64,000 bases of DNA from Bacteroidaceae bacterium (GCA_045654565.1 JAZONP010000219.1:4153-68152), one strand, 5' to 3'; counted from the stretch's first letter, positions 19,820-29,607 are shown. Numbers and translations are program-made. Notes: generated by a model not told the origin, from the letters alone.

Positions 19820-22756
19820 TTAGAATGTTAACTCCATACCAATGGAGAACTGGCGCGACATAGGATACTGCGCGGCATACACGTTGCTAGTCGACTCGGG
19901 ATCAATACCGCTAAACTTGGTAAGGGTAAGGAGATTCTGTCCCTGCACATAAACACGCGCGCCACCAAGGCCCTTAACCTTTTCCAGTGTCTTGGGTTGG
20001 AGAGTATAACTGAGCATAAGGTTCTTCATACGTAGGAATGAAGCATCCTCAAGGAAGCGTGAGTCCATCTGCGGAGTCACACCATAGCGGGGGATGTCAG
20101 TAACATCGCCAGGCTTCTTCCAACGGTCATAAAGCAAACGCTTCGACTGGTTATATACAGTGTAGAGACCATTACTCTCCTCAAAGAATCGGTCATTATT
20201 AAACATCCAACGATCAGCCACCCAAGCAAACTGTGTGCTCAACGAGATTCCCCTCCATGACACAGAGGTTCCGAAACCACCTTGCCAAGGAGCCATATAG
20301 GTCTTACCTATGAGAACCTTATCTGACTCGCGGAATGCAGTAGTAACATTACCCTCTTTGTCATACCAAAGAGCATCACCATTAGCAGGATTCACACCAG
20401 CATAGCGGTTGATGTAGAACTCACCCACGGGATGTCCCACCTTAAGTTTAGTTGATGTACCTGACATCTCGTACTCGTCAAGTCCATTGTATAGTTCAGT
20501 AATCTCATTATGATTGTATGACGCATTGGCATTGATGTTCCATACGAAGTTCTCGGTACGGAAGACATCATAGTTCACAGACATCTCAACACCACGATTA
20601 ACCATGGCGCCCACGTTATCCCAACGCTGTCCAAACCCGTTGTTTGCATAGGATTGAGGCACAAGCATCAACATATCGGTGGTCTTCTTATTATAGAGTT
20701 CCACGTCCACGTTAAGACGATGCCAGAATCCGAGATGCAAGGCAAGGTTACTACTCCACAACTGCTCCCAGCTGAGATTGGGATTACCCTCGCTCGAAGG
20801 AGCAATACCCGACTCACCATTATAGATATAGCCACCACCTACGAGCTCCAAATGGTCGTAATTGGGGATTGACGAGTTACCAGACGTACCAGTACTGAGT
20901 GCCACCTGTGCATTGGTAAGCCATGTATAGGGACGCATAAACTTTTCCTTCAGTGCATTCCACATCAAGCCCACTGACCAGAAGCTAGCCCAACGTCCAT
21001 TCTTACCAAAGCGAGATGAAGCATCGCTACGCAATGAGAAATCTGCGTAATACTTGTCCATGTAGTTATACTCACCACGTCCGAAGAATGATAGATAGCT
21101 ATAGCTTGAGTAACCCTTGGCCCATGAGGTAGCCATCGTTCCTGTCGAGAGATTGGTGAGATAATCGTTATTCTGTCCTCGTGTCACTACCTGGAAACTC
21201 TCAGAACGGAAATTTACGCCCTCTTGTCCAAGCATGAAATTAAAGTCATGCACATGATCGAGGTTAAACTTATAATTAGCCGTATTAGTAGCTGTGAGCT
21301 GCAGCGCATTGCTCATCGCATTAGCCGCCGAACCGATACCATTGTTCCCCGGAAAACTGGGAAGCGATTTCACGTCGGTTGTCGAGAGCGAGAAATCCAC
21401 ACCGAGCTGCGAACGCAAGGTAAGATTCTTAATGGGAGTAGCCTCTGCATATATTGTACTCAACAACTTGTATTTTCTAAGATCTTGAGGGTTGGTAGAC
21501 ATCCACTCGATAGGATTCTGAGTGGTACCCTTCCATGAGCCATCCTTCGATGAAGCTATACCCCCATCAGCCTTATAAGGATTCCAGTAGGGGAGCATAA
21601 AGCGGCTTGCCGAGATGGGAGTATAGAGTGTATACGACCCCTCCTCAGCCTGCTGTACCTCTTCGTAGGTGAGCATCGTATTGGTTCCCATCTTGAGCCA
21701 TTCTCCCGTCTTCACGTCGGCATTGCTGCGCAACGAGTAGCGACGGAATGTAGATCCCATAGCAATACCATCCTGGTCAAAGAAATTGCCCGACACAAAG
21801 TAGTTCATACGTTCCGTAGCACGGCTCACCGAGAAGTCGTAGTTCTGAAGCATCGCGCGATTATTGAAGATTGCCTTCTGCCAGTTGATATCTGTTTGGC
21901 TCAGCAGGTCATAGTCCTGCCCCGCATCAAGTCCCAGCTCCTTCTCGAAGGCGATACGCTCTGCCGTATTCATCAGCATCCATTCCTTAGAGCTGGCGAG
22001 TTGAGATATACCGAGCTGTGAGCGCACCGTCACCTTCGGTTTCTCCATTTGCGTGCCACGTTTGGTAGTGATTACCACCACGCCATTGGCAGCACGAGCA
22101 CCGTAAATGGAGGTTGACGATGCATCCTTGAGCACAGATACCGACTCAATATCGTTCGGACTGATGGTATTGAAATCCGAGCTTGAAATGGGCACACCAT
22201 CAAGAATGAAGAGTGGCGCTGTACCCGAGTTGATTGAGTTGGTACCACGTATCTGGAATGTAGCCGCCTTAGAAGGCTCACCCGAGTTAGAAAGCACCAT
22301 CAGACCGGGGCTCTGTCCCTGTAGAGCCTGGTCGAAACCCGCAGCGGGAATCTCTGCAATCTTATCGGCCTTAACCGTTGACACCGAACCGGCGATAGTT
22401 CCCTTCTTTCTCACACCATAAGCCACTACCACTACCTCATCCATCAGCTGGGCGTCAGAAAGCATCTCAACATCAAGTTTTCCTGTTTTAGCAGTCACTT
22501 TGTGCTGCTGTTCCTGCATACCAAGGTAGGTGAAGCTTAATGTAGCCTCTTTACCAGACAACTCAATGGAGTAGTTACCATCAAAATCCGTAGTAACACC
22601 GCTTGTTGGATTTTCCAACGGACGGATAGCCACGCCAATCAGCGGTTCGCCATCCTCTTTGGAGATAACCGTACCCTTCACCGTAAAACTCTGTGCGAGC
22701 AACGTACTAAAGGTTACAGTCAGTCCGAAGATGGTCATCAATAATCTTTTTCTCAT
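19820..22756 (-). CDS. susC: SusC/RagA-family TonB-dependent outer-membrane transporter
   Basis: Starting at ATG 22756, the signal peptide is MRKRLLMTIFGLTVTFSTLLAQ. Next comes a carboxypeptidase-regulatory-like domain (FTVKGTVISKEDGEPLIGVAI), then a plug (VVVVAYG..K, SPGLMV, IRGTNS, PLFILDGVP) and a terminal ...FSIGMELTF. The track ORF begins at an upstream TTG (22816). Confidence 0.92.
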   Translation of the reverse strand: MRKRLLMTIFGLTVTFSTLLAQSFTVKGTVISKEDGEPLIGVAIRPLENPTSGVTTDFDGNYSIELSGKEATLSFTYLGMQEQQHKVTAKTGKLDVEMLSDAQLMDEVVVVAYGVRKKGTIAGSVSTVKADKIAEIPAAGFDQALQGQSPGLMVLSNSGEPSKAATFQIRGTNSINSGTAPLFILDGVPISSSDFNTISPNDIESVSVLKDASSTSIYGARAANGVVVITTKRGTQMEKPKVTVRSQLGISQLASSKEWMLMNTAERIAFEKELGLDAGQDYDLLSQTDINWQKAIFNNRAMLQNYDFSVSRATERMNYFVSGNFFDQDGIAMGSTFRRYSLRSNADVKTGEWLKMGTNTMLTYEEVQQAEEGSYTLYTPISASRFMLPYWNPYKADGGIASSKDGSWKGTTQNPIEWMSTNPQDLRKYKLLSTIYAEATPIKNLTLRSQLGVDFSLSTTDVKSLPSFPGNNGIGSAANAMSNALQLTATNTANYKFNLDHVHDFNFMLGQEGVNFRSESFQVVTRGQNNDYLTNLSTGTMATSWAKGYSSYSYLSFFGRGEYNYMDKYYADFSLRSDASSRFGKNGRWASFWSVGLMWNALKEKFMRPYTWLTNAQVALSTGTSGNSSIPNYDHLELVGGGYIYNGESGIAPSSEGNPNLSWEQLWSSNLALHLGFWHRLNVDVELYNKKTTDMLMLVPQSYANNGFGQRWDNVGAMVNRGVEMSVNYDVFRTENFVWNINANASYNHNEITELYNGLDEYEMSGTSTKLKVGHPVGEFYINRYAGVNPANGDALWYDKEGNVTTAFRESDKVLIGKTYMAPWQGGFGTSVSWRGISLSTQFAWVADRWMFNNDRFFEESNGLYTVYNQSKRLLYDRWKKPGDVTDIPRYGVTPQMDSRFLEDASFLRMKNLMLSYTLQPKTLEKVKGLGGARVYVQGQNLLTLTKFSGIDPESTSNVYAAQYPMSRQFSIGMELTF

Positions 22757-22848
22757 TATATACTTGTAAACTTTTATTATCCAATCATTTGCGCAAACCT
22801 CCTTAGCAAAAGCCAAGCACTTCTCGCGCCCTCATTTTCAACAAACTG

Positions 22849-22856
22849 CAAAGGTA
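22849..22856 (-). promoter_or_regulatory. candidate Bacteroidetes -7 box (TACCTTTG) for the susC operon
   Basis: The minus strand reads TACCTTTG, matching TAnnTTTG, about 95 nt upstream of the susC ATG. Confidence 0.35.
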
Positions 22857-23059
22857 CACATAATTGGCGGAAAAACCTAACGAGTAGAATCTAATCTGCA
22901 GAATTTTAACAATCTCAAGTCACATCCGTTGACAAAGAGACACAACTCCATAAGCCTCGGGAACGCATCAATACCTTCCCAAAGCCCTATCCCTTCAGAG
23001 CGTTCGAGGTTGGTTCGTATCCCTCACACTCTTTCAGGCGAAAGTGTCGTAAACTCTAT

Positions 23060-23069
23060 GGGGGGGGGG
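23060..23069. repeat. G10 (C10 on the coding strand) homopolymer immediately 3' of the dgt stop codon
   Basis: Counted directly in the sequence: ...tctatGGGGGGGGGGcta.... A hairpin at 23026-23047 follows on the minus strand. Confidence 0.95.
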
Positions 23070-24404
23070 CTATACTGCAGGCAAACTATTGCCATTAATC
23101 TTGCGATACAAGTCGAGAGCAAAAACATCAGTCATGCCCGACAGATAATCAAAGACTGCTTGGATCTTACCATAGAGTGTGGGAGCATGCAAGTCGTACT
23201 GACTGCTAACCCGATTAATAAGGAGCCCTGAGTAAGCTTTGTCGGGATGGGTGACTGCATCGATCATCAGTTCAATCAATGTGTTGATAATACGGAAACC
23301 TGCAAGTTCAATGTCCAACACATCCCGCGAACGATAAATTTTCTTTACCGCCACCTCTGAACATTGCCTATATGCCTGTCGGCAACGCTCACTTGTATGC
23401 TTGATAAGCGGTTCAGAGAATGTTCCATTTAGGACTTCTTCTTCATGGCGCATAAAAGCATCTACACACTCATCGATAAGTATGCCTATCACCTTGGATC
23501 GCAAGTAAGCGACCTGTTCATTACTATCTGTGACCATATTGAGCACCTCAGTGAGATGGCCTTGCTTATGCTCCTCAATAAATGGCGTGAGCAGTGCTAT
23601 GGTCTCCTCACGAGTAAGTATCTTCAGTTTATAAGCATCCTCAATATCCATCATCTGATAGCAGATATCATCGGCAGCCTCAACCAAAAACACAAGTGGA
23701 TGACGGCAATAGCGAAGCGGCTCACCCTCGGAACTCAACCGAATAAGTCCCAAATCATCGGCTATCGTGCGAAAAGTATCAGCCTCAGTCTTAAAGAAAC
23801 CGAACTTCGACTTCGCCCCCGAATAATACGACGAATAGGGATATTTCACAATACTGGCCAATGTTGAGTAGGTCAATGCAAAACCGCCTTTACGACGGCC
23901 GTTAAATTGATGGGTGAGCAAACGGAAGGCATTGGCGTTACCCTCAAAGTGGATAATATCGTCCCACTCGGCAGCAGTCATCTGCTCACGCAAAGCCTGC
24001 CCCTTCCCCTCCGTGAAATAAGAAGATATGGCACGTTCGCCCGAATGGCCAAAAGGAGGATTCCCCAAGTCATGAGCCAAACAGGCTGCCGATACAATGC
24101 TGCCAATTTCTTCAATGAGAGAGTCTGCCAATTCGGGGCGGCGCTTCAGCACCGCACGGCTCACCTTATTGCCCAACGACCGCCCTACGCAAGCCACTTC
24201 GAGACTATGAGTAAGCCGATTATGTACAAACACGCTCCCTGGCAGAGGAAACACCTGAGTCTTATTCTGTAAACGCCGAAAGGGGGCCGAGAAGATCAAA
24301 CGGTCATAGTCACGCAAGAAGTCCGAGCGGTCATCCGCTCCTTCTGCATGAAACGATTCCATACCCAAGCGTTTAGCAGATATAAGTTTCTTCCAGTCCA
24401 TCAT
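23070..24404 (-). CDS. dgt: dGTPase-like deoxynucleoside triphosphate triphosphohydrolase (HD domain)
   Basis: Motifs HNRLTHSLEVACVGRSLG and HDLGNPPFGHSGE. The length is 444 aa. Confidence 0.88.
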   Translation of the reverse strand: MMDWKKLISAKRLGMESFHAEGADDRSDFLRDYDRLIFSAPFRRLQNKTQVFPLPGSVFVHNRLTHSLEVACVGRSLGNKVSRAVLKRRPELADSLIEEIGSIVSAACLAHDLGNPPFGHSGERAISSYFTEGKGQALREQMTAAEWDDIIHFEGNANAFRLLTHQFNGRRKGGFALTYSTLASIVKYPYSSYYSGAKSKFGFFKTEADTFRTIADDLGLIRLSSEGEPLRYCRHPLVFLVEAADDICYQMMDIEDAYKLKILTREETIALLTPFIEEHKQGHLTEVLNMVTDSNEQVAYLRSKVIGILIDECVDAFMRHEEEVLNGTFSEPLIKHTSERCRQAYRQCSEVAVKKIYRSRDVLDIELAGFRIINTLIELMIDAVTHPDKAYSGLLINRVSSQYDLHAPTLYGKIQAVFDYLSGMTDVFALDLYRKINGNSLPAV

Positions 24405-24428
24405 AAATTTCCTAATACTTTTTAGATG

Positions 24429-27400
24429 CTACTCTTCTTTGCATACAACTTTATGTCCATTCACTATGTATATGTTACCTGGAATCATCTCCTCAGCACT
24501 ACCGATACGGCGCCCGAAGAGGTCGTGTATCACTTCCGCACGAAGAGGTGAAGCTTGTTGCAACAAGGGCTGCTCAACATCAGAGTCGATATTATTGTCA
24601 TCAAGTCTACCAAGATAGTATAGGTTAAAGTCATCCACTTTATACCACGATTCGCCCCCTTTCACCCCGATAGGCAAAAAGTCATCTTCAACTTTAATGC
24701 TGTCAATGACATATTCTGTCAAGTAATATTTCCCCCTTGGATGCGCCTTAATATCAAGAGTTCTTTCCCCTGCAAATAAGCTTACAGCATCATCTACTCC
24801 TGCACCCGCCATGGCAGTCAAACGATAATATCCGGGAGACAATCCTGAGACTGTTTGACTAATATCACTATCCCCTGCATCTCCATAGAGAAGACAGCTA
24901 CCATCCATACCTACTCCGAAGTTGTTTAGATTACCAGAATAGACCAACTGAGTATTACTACCTGCAGTCCAACCCTCTTTAGTCTTCAGCTCAAACGATG
25001 GGTTAACAAGCAAGCTATTATAACAGATTGGCTCTGCCACATGAGCCAGCTTCAAGCGATATGTATTCAGCAAATCAACCAAACGCGAAGCATAGTCCTG
25101 CATTTCGTCAGTTTCCTCCGGCATGGTAGAGAATACATCATAAGCATAACGCATTGAATCAAGCAACACCGCATTCCACTCATCCTCAATCTGGGAATGA
25201 AGCGCATCGTAGGTGTGATTTGCCTCATCGATAGCCAGCGCCAACGCCATATAGCTTTTATTTTGAGCAGAGGTGGTTCTATGTGAGCGCACCCTCTTTG
25301 ATGTAGACTTTATGATTGCAGTGAAGGGGGCTATCTTGGCACCTGCCTCTGCACGAGTGAAATATTGCGAACTCTCCTTCTCATCGTAGCCATACACAAG
25401 CGTATTCTCATCAGCGTAGGAGGTTGAGACTACCGCTTGAAAAGAAGGAATGGTATCTATCTCCGATACGCCATTGCTACTTACGACCACATCGTTAGCG
25501 GTGATGGGACTATTATCACACGTCATCACCATATAGGGTGTACAAGCATACAACGTATCCACAAATTCTTGCTCAGCAATCGCGGAAGAGCTGATAGACT
25601 TCACTCGCTGGCACAAGTAGCCAAGAGGTCTTACGGCCGTAAAAGGCAAAGCAAAAGGTTTCCATCCCTGACTAATATCCCATTTCGGGGTGAAAGTTGC
25701 TCGTCGGGCAACAAATTCATCAATGGGAGCAAAGTTAAAGTTTGGCTGGAGACGCAGATCCTCGCACATGCCATCACAAACAATGTTGTACCCATCCATT
25801 TCCTTGTTCACTAGGAATAGCGCATTAGGATTGACAGCTATGGGCTGGCCGCTAACATCAGAGACTTGAGTCAAGTCGTAGACCGTTATTTCCGGATTTA
25901 CAGCCAATGTAGAGAAGAGCAAAGCATCCCATGCACCCGAGAGGGTCATAACAGTCCCATCAACGGACATACATTCGAGCGTTGGAGGACAAACCTTAAA
26001 GTACAGAATAGAATCGGTACTTCCCATATTCAAAGCATCACCATCCGTGACATTGGTTAATTTATTTTTGATACATAGGGCGTATCGACCTCCCACCTCC
26101 AAGTCTGTTATGTCAGCAGTCACGCGGGTTACACTTCCAGGTTCGTACTTCTGAGTCGGAATAGTGATAGTCTTTACTGTTTCCATTGCGTTGGTTCCTT
26201 CGTTATACTTCATCAGCTCCATACGCAAGGTTGTCTGAATAGGTGTAGCCTCTGCACTATTCTCTATTTCCGCAAAGGCCTGTAGCTTATCATTGTAGAG
26301 CAAACGATAAGTTCCACTTTCATGAGATTCCACAACATCTCCAGCAGTAATATCAAAGGACTTTAATGTTAAGTCGGGATTTACGGGCAGCACCGCTATC
26401 TCCGCTTTGTCAAGTACGTTGCAATTCTTGTCTGTAAGGTAGATGTAATAAGTACGCTCCGCAGCAGGTTTGAAAGTAACCGTAAACTCTCCACTCTCAT
26501 CGCTTGCAAGAGACAAAGACGAATTGGACTCAGAGATGCTAGTCGAACTTGAAGGTACTCGGTTCGATGTACTCCAATAAAGGTTAAATCCCGCATAATC
26601 AAGTGTACCATGATTAGTCGCGGAAACACGTATCGTCGTCTCCATACGCCTATAGGCTTGGGGGGCAGCGTGGATTTTTGCACTTACATTCGGTTTCTTG
26701 GGAGCAATGTTGTAGACCATTCCCTGTTGGCCAGAGAATCCGTTTACCCCCGTCTCATCATCCAATGTATAGTATCCGTCACCTTGTCCACCCCATCCGA
26801 AGTTAAAGTGAAATAGTCCATTATTGGCATTATATCCGTCAAGAATTATGGCGTGTCCTCCATTGGAAGGATGAACGCCAGCATATACCATCGGTTGTCC
26901 CTTGATGAGGTTTCCATATACCAAATTCTCCCAAGTTGATTGGCTGGTACCTCCTTTGTATTGACACACACTGCTTAAGTTGAAATATTGATTGTATCCA
27001 TCCACTATATTAGAGATTTGCCCCGAAGTACTGCTACCATAAGTTTGCCATATACCTGCTCCGAAAGCAGCATTGAGCACAGCCACTGCATTACGCATCT
27101 CTTCTGGATAGGCCCCATTGTAATCATACTGCATCAAATCCCACAATATAGGAGTACCTTTAGGATAACTAACCATTACAGGCGCATCGCCATAGCCATA
27201 CGTAGGCGTAGAGGCCAATAGTTCACCAGGCAGGTCGCGACGATAATGATGGAGCACCATCACCGCCGCCGTGCATGTACAACCAGTCAAGGCTCTATTG
27301 GTTGTATTTGTAATGAAGGGGGCCAGATCATTATATGGCGAGGACTGATGCCAATGCGCCTTAACAATCGGTTCTACACTCGTACGCCCAGCCACTACAT

Positions 27401-27800
27401 TTCGTGGAGCTCGAGTGGACGCGCCTGCCGCTTGTGCCTTCTCTACGAGTTCAGCATAGCCCTCTAGCATATCAAGAAGTGCAGGAGGCATCTGTCCTTC
27501 CACGAAATCACCTGTATCTGTGTATCCAAGAATCTCAGGCAAGCAATCATCGCCACTGACAATTACAAAACCCGCGTTCTCTCCTCGGCTAATAATATAA
27601 TAGGGAGCCAACGTGTCATTCACGGCCAATTCACTACTACTCCGACGAGCAGGAGCGCTTGACACCTCCATAGAAACATCCCCCCAATAGGACGCTGCTA
27701 TTTTAAGCGCACGCGAAGGCCCGATAGGATCAGCACAAACATTTCTTAAAATAATGCAAAACAACAAAGACGATAGGACTCTCTTCATGGAATTACTCAT
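24429..27800 (-). CDS. C10 (streptopain/interpain-like) cysteine protease with CBM4_9-like module and T9SS C-terminal domain
   Basis: Signal peptide MSNSMKRVLSSLLFCIILRNVCA, using ATG 27800 or 27788. Catalytic Cys region TGCTCTAAVMVLHHY. His region GGHAIILDGYN...FHFNFGWGGQGDGYYTL. Near the C-terminus is NPSFELKTKEGW...GLSPGYYRLTA. The CTD reads VIHDLFGRRIGSAEEMIPGNIYIVNGHKVV. The track ORF start (27911) is an upstream alternative. Confidence 0.85.
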   Translation of the reverse strand: MSNSMKRVLSSLLFCIILRNVCADPIGPSRALKIAASYWGDVSMEVSSAPARRSSSELAVNDTLAPYYIISRGENAGFVIVSGDDCLPEILGYTDTGDFVEGQMPPALLDMLEGYAELVEKAQAAGASTRAPRNVVAGRTSVEPIVKAHWHQSSPYNDLAPFITNTTNRALTGCTCTAAVMVLHHYRRDLPGELLASTPTYGYGDAPVMVSYPKGTPILWDLMQYDYNGAYPEEMRNAVAVLNAAFGAGIWQTYGSSTSGQISNIVDGYNQYFNLSSVCQYKGGTSQSTWENLVYGNLIKGQPMVYAGVHPSNGGHAIILDGYNANNGLFHFNFGWGGQGDGYYTLDDETGVNGFSGQQGMVYNIAPKKPNVSAKIHAAPQAYRRMETTIRVSATNHGTLDYAGFNLYWSTSNRVPSSSTSISESNSSLSLASDESGEFTVTFKPAAERTYYIYLTDKNCNVLDKAEIAVLPVNPDLTLKSFDITAGDVVESHESGTYRLLYNDKLQAFAEIENSAEATPIQTTLRMELMKYNEGTNAMETVKTITIPTQKYEPGSVTRVTADITDLEVGGRYALCIKNKLTNVTDGDALNMGSTDSILYFKVCPPTLECMSVDGTVMTLSGAWDALLFSTLAVNPEITVYDLTQVSDVSGQPIAVNPNALFLVNKEMDGYNIVCDGMCEDLRLQPNFNFAPIDEFVARRATFTPKWDISQGWKPFALPFTAVRPLGYLCQRVKSISSSAIAEQEFVDTLYACTPYMVMTCDNSPITANDVVVSSNGVSEIDTIPSFQAVVSTSYADENTLVYGYDEKESSQYFTRAEAGAKIAPFTAIIKSTSKRVRSHRTTSAQNKSYMALALAIDEANHTYDALHSQIEDEWNAVLLDSMRYAYDVFSTMPEETDEMQDYASRLVDLLNTYRLKLAHVAEPICYNSLLVNPSFELKTKEGWTAGSNTQLVYSGNLNNFGVGMDGSCLLYGDAGDSDISQTVSGLSPGYYRLTAMAGAGVDDAVSLFAGERTLDIKAHPRGKYYLTEYVIDSIKVEDDFLPIGVKGGESWYKVDDFNLYYLGRLDDNNIDSDVEQPLLQQASPLRAEVIHDLFGRRIGSAEEMIPGNIYIVNGHKVVCKEE

Positions 27801-27822
27801 AACGTATATTTTAAAAGGTCTA

Positions 27823-27830
27823 CAAATGTA
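27823..27830 (-). promoter_or_regulatory. candidate -7 box (TACATTTG) for the C10 protease gene
   Basis: The minus strand reads TACATTTG about 20 nt upstream of ATG 27800. Confidence 0.35.
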
Positions 27831-27903
27831 CATCTTTTTTTGCATCGTTTGGGTATACTCATCTATTTTTGTTATTTTTGCTGCCGACAAAACATCTACT
27901 ACG

Positions 27904-28569
27904 ATGAACAAGTGGATAAGAAGGAAACGTAATTCGTGGGGTTATGGAGTACAAAGCCCCAGCGACTTTTACTTCGTACAGCATGTGTTGCGCGAGAAAT
28001 CACCATACTATGGCTATTCCGAGATTGAGGAACTAAAAGAGAAACACAGTGCCCATCTACCATTGTACTCGGAAGGAATTAATAAATTACTGTTTCGATT
28101 AGCCAATTATACACAAGCCAAATCAATAATCGAAGTCGGAGCAGGACTTTCCACTTATGCTATGACCTTGGGGCGTCCTTCCGCTCGATGCATCGCCATC
28201 ACTTCATCAGAGCCATGCAAAAGAGCCATGCAGTCACTGCTCAATGAACATCCACAAGTAGAGATAAAAGAAGGCGATGAAATGGATATTTTCTGTAACC
28301 TAATCCAAGAATTAGGCACAATAGGTTTACTCCATGTAGCCCACACCGATCACTACCGAGAAGTGATCGATGCCGCCCTACCCCATGTCACCGACCAGTC
28401 ACTTATTGTTATCGAAGATATCTGCAGCAGCAAGGAGAAGTACGACTGGTGGGAAGAACTGCAAAAAAGTTCACAGACGGGCATCACCTATGACCTTGGC
28501 AACATCGGGCTACTTTTTTTTAATAGCTCGCGTCACAAAAACAATTACTGGATAAATATCAGGAAATAA
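27904..28569 (+). CDS. class I SAM-dependent methyltransferase-like protein
   Basis: ATG at 27904 (MNKWIRRKRNSWGY...). Motif-I-like IIEVGAGLSTYAMTLG. The upstream part of the track ORF (27754-27903) overlaps the divergent protease gene and its promoter. TATTTTTG boxes occur at 27864 and 27873. Confidence 0.6.
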   Translation: MNKWIRRKRNSWGYGVQSPSDFYFVQHVLREKSPYYGYSEIEELKEKHSAHLPLYSEGINKLLFRLANYTQAKSIIEVGAGLSTYAMTLGRPSARCIAITSSEPCKRAMQSLLNEHPQVEIKEGDEMDIFCNLIQELGTIGLLHVAHTDHYREVIDAALPHVTDQSLIVIEDICSSKEKYDWWEELQKSSQTGITYDLGNIGLLFFNSSRHKNNYWINIRK

Positions 28570-28576
28570 ATCGAAC

Positions 28577-29143
28577 ATGAAAAAGAGTCACCTATATACG
28601 CGTGGTGGAGATAGCGGCACCACATCACTTATCGGAGGCAGTCGGGTAAGGAAGAGTTGCCTACAACTTGACGCATATGGAACTATAGACGAACTCAGCT
28701 CCCACATCGGCCTACTGGAAGCGATGATAGAACCCCATCCCGAAGTAGATACCCACCTACTACAATGGATACAATCGCGTCTATTTGATGTAGGCACCTA
28801 CCTCGCTATGCCCTATACCGAAAAAGAGAAGCCATCTTGCGCCATTACCATTACCCACATAGAGCAATTGGAAAAGCTGATTGACACTCTCGATGCTCAG
28901 CTTCCCTCCTTATCATCCTTTATCCTACCTGGAGGTTGTATGCCGGCAGCACAGAGCCACATATGCCGTACAGTATGTCGCCGTGCCGAACGTCTCATAG
29001 CCGCACTCGCCGAGGAAGTTCACATCAATCCTGTTTTACTATCGTTTGTCAACAGATTATCAGACTTTCTCTTCGTCTATGCACGCTTCTTAAACAAAAT
29101 AAAAGGAGTAGACGAAATTTCTTGGAAGAAAGATTGCGATTGA
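28577..29143 (+). CDS. pduO: PduO-type ATP:cob(I)alamin adenosyltransferase
   Basis: N-terminus YTRGGDSGTTSLIGGSRVRKSCLQLDAYGTIDELSSHIGLL is the family hallmark. The length is 188 aa. Confidence 0.85.
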   Translation: MKKSHLYTRGGDSGTTSLIGGSRVRKSCLQLDAYGTIDELSSHIGLLEAMIEPHPEVDTHLLQWIQSRLFDVGTYLAMPYTEKEKPSCAITITHIEQLEKLIDTLDAQLPSLSSFILPGGCMPAAQSHICRTVCRRAERLIAALAEEVHINPVLLSFVNRLSDFLFVYARFLNKIKGVDEISWKKDCD

Positions 29144-29155
29144 GGAAAAAAGTTA

Positions 29156-29163
29156 TACTTTTG
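29156..29163 (+). promoter_or_regulatory. candidate -7 box (TACTTTTG) for the DUF2795 gene
   Basis: Matches TAnnTTTG about 50 nt upstream of ATG 29215. Confidence 0.4.
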
Positions 29164-29214
29164 CAGCCTTATTTACAGAAAGGTTTAATTAAACAAAAAA
29201 ACAAAAGATAGAAT

Positions 29215-29436
29215 ATGTACTGGACACTTGAACTCGCATCTAAATTAGAGGATGCACCTTGGCCCGCAACCAAAGAAGAGCTCCTTGACTATGCCATGCG
29301 CTCGGGAGCTCCTATGGAAGTAATCGAAAACCTACAAGAGATGGAAGACGAGGGAGAGATTTACGAAAGCATCGAGGATCTCTGGCCCGACTATCCCAGC
29401 AAAGAGGACTTCTTCTTTGACGAGGAGGAGTATTAA
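29215..29436 (+). CDS. DUF2795 domain protein
   Basis: 73 aa, with WPATKEELLDYAMRSGAPMEVIENLQEMEDEG typical of the family. Confidence 0.7.
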   Translation: MYWTLELASKLEDAPWPATKEELLDYAMRSGAPMEVIENLQEMEDEGEIYESIEDLWPDYPSKEDFFFDEEEY

Positions 29437-29607
29437 TGGGTTGAAAAAGGTTTAACACCTAAGAATCAACGATTTACATTGACCGATTGGGCGATCCAGT
29501 CGGTCATTTTTATGTCAAAAACTACCCGAAAATGAGCGAAAACTGCCCAAATACTTCCCTGAAACTATTACCAAATCCTCCTAAAAATAAGAATTGTAAG
29601 TGAGGGA
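29406..29607 (+). repeat. left copy of a ~200-bp direct repeat (last 9-10 codons of the DUF2795 gene, its terminator and downstream sequence)
   Basis: Aligns by eye, base for base apart from a few substitutions and a 15-bp indel, with 30882-31088 (GGACTTC..TTTGACGAGGAG...AAAAAGGTTTAACACCTAAGAATCAACGATTTACATTGACC...CCAGTCGGTCATTTTTATGTCAAAAACTACCCGAAAAT...ATTACCAAATCCTCCTAAAAA...TAAGTGAGG). Confidence 0.85.
29480..29513 (+). terminator. rho-independent terminator of the DUF2795 gene
   Basis: 11-bp stem TGACCGATTGG / CCAGTCGGTCA (one G-T pair), loop GCGAT, followed by TTTTTAT. Confidence 0.75.

Noticed and set aside
22757-22816. 20-codon N-terminal extension of susC (TTG start, MAFAKEVCANDW...)
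   Set aside because: The extension is not signal-peptide-like. The ATG at 22756 gives the typical MRKRLL... signal sequence.
23012-23022. GGTTCGTATCC, a tRNA T-arm-like sequence in the dgt-susC intergenic region
   Set aside because: The flanking bases do not form a T-stem (GTTGG versus CCCTC). No acceptor, D or anticodon arms can be built within ~80 nt on either strand.
23070-24404. dGTPase as an anti-phage dNTP-depletion defence gene
   Set aside because: A single dgt-like HD-domain gene is a common housekeeping feature of Bacteroidales chromosomes. It is flanked by core-type genes here, with no other defence or mobile signatures.
27754-27903. N-terminal 50-codon extension of the methyltransferase-like ORF, and the matching 37-codon extension of the C10 protease ORF (27801-27911), which would make the genes overlap divergently
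   Set aside because: The internal ATGs give a canonical signal peptide for the protease and a sensible N-terminus for the methyltransferase-like protein. TAnnTTTG boxes lie inside the extensions, so the shorter models are preferred.
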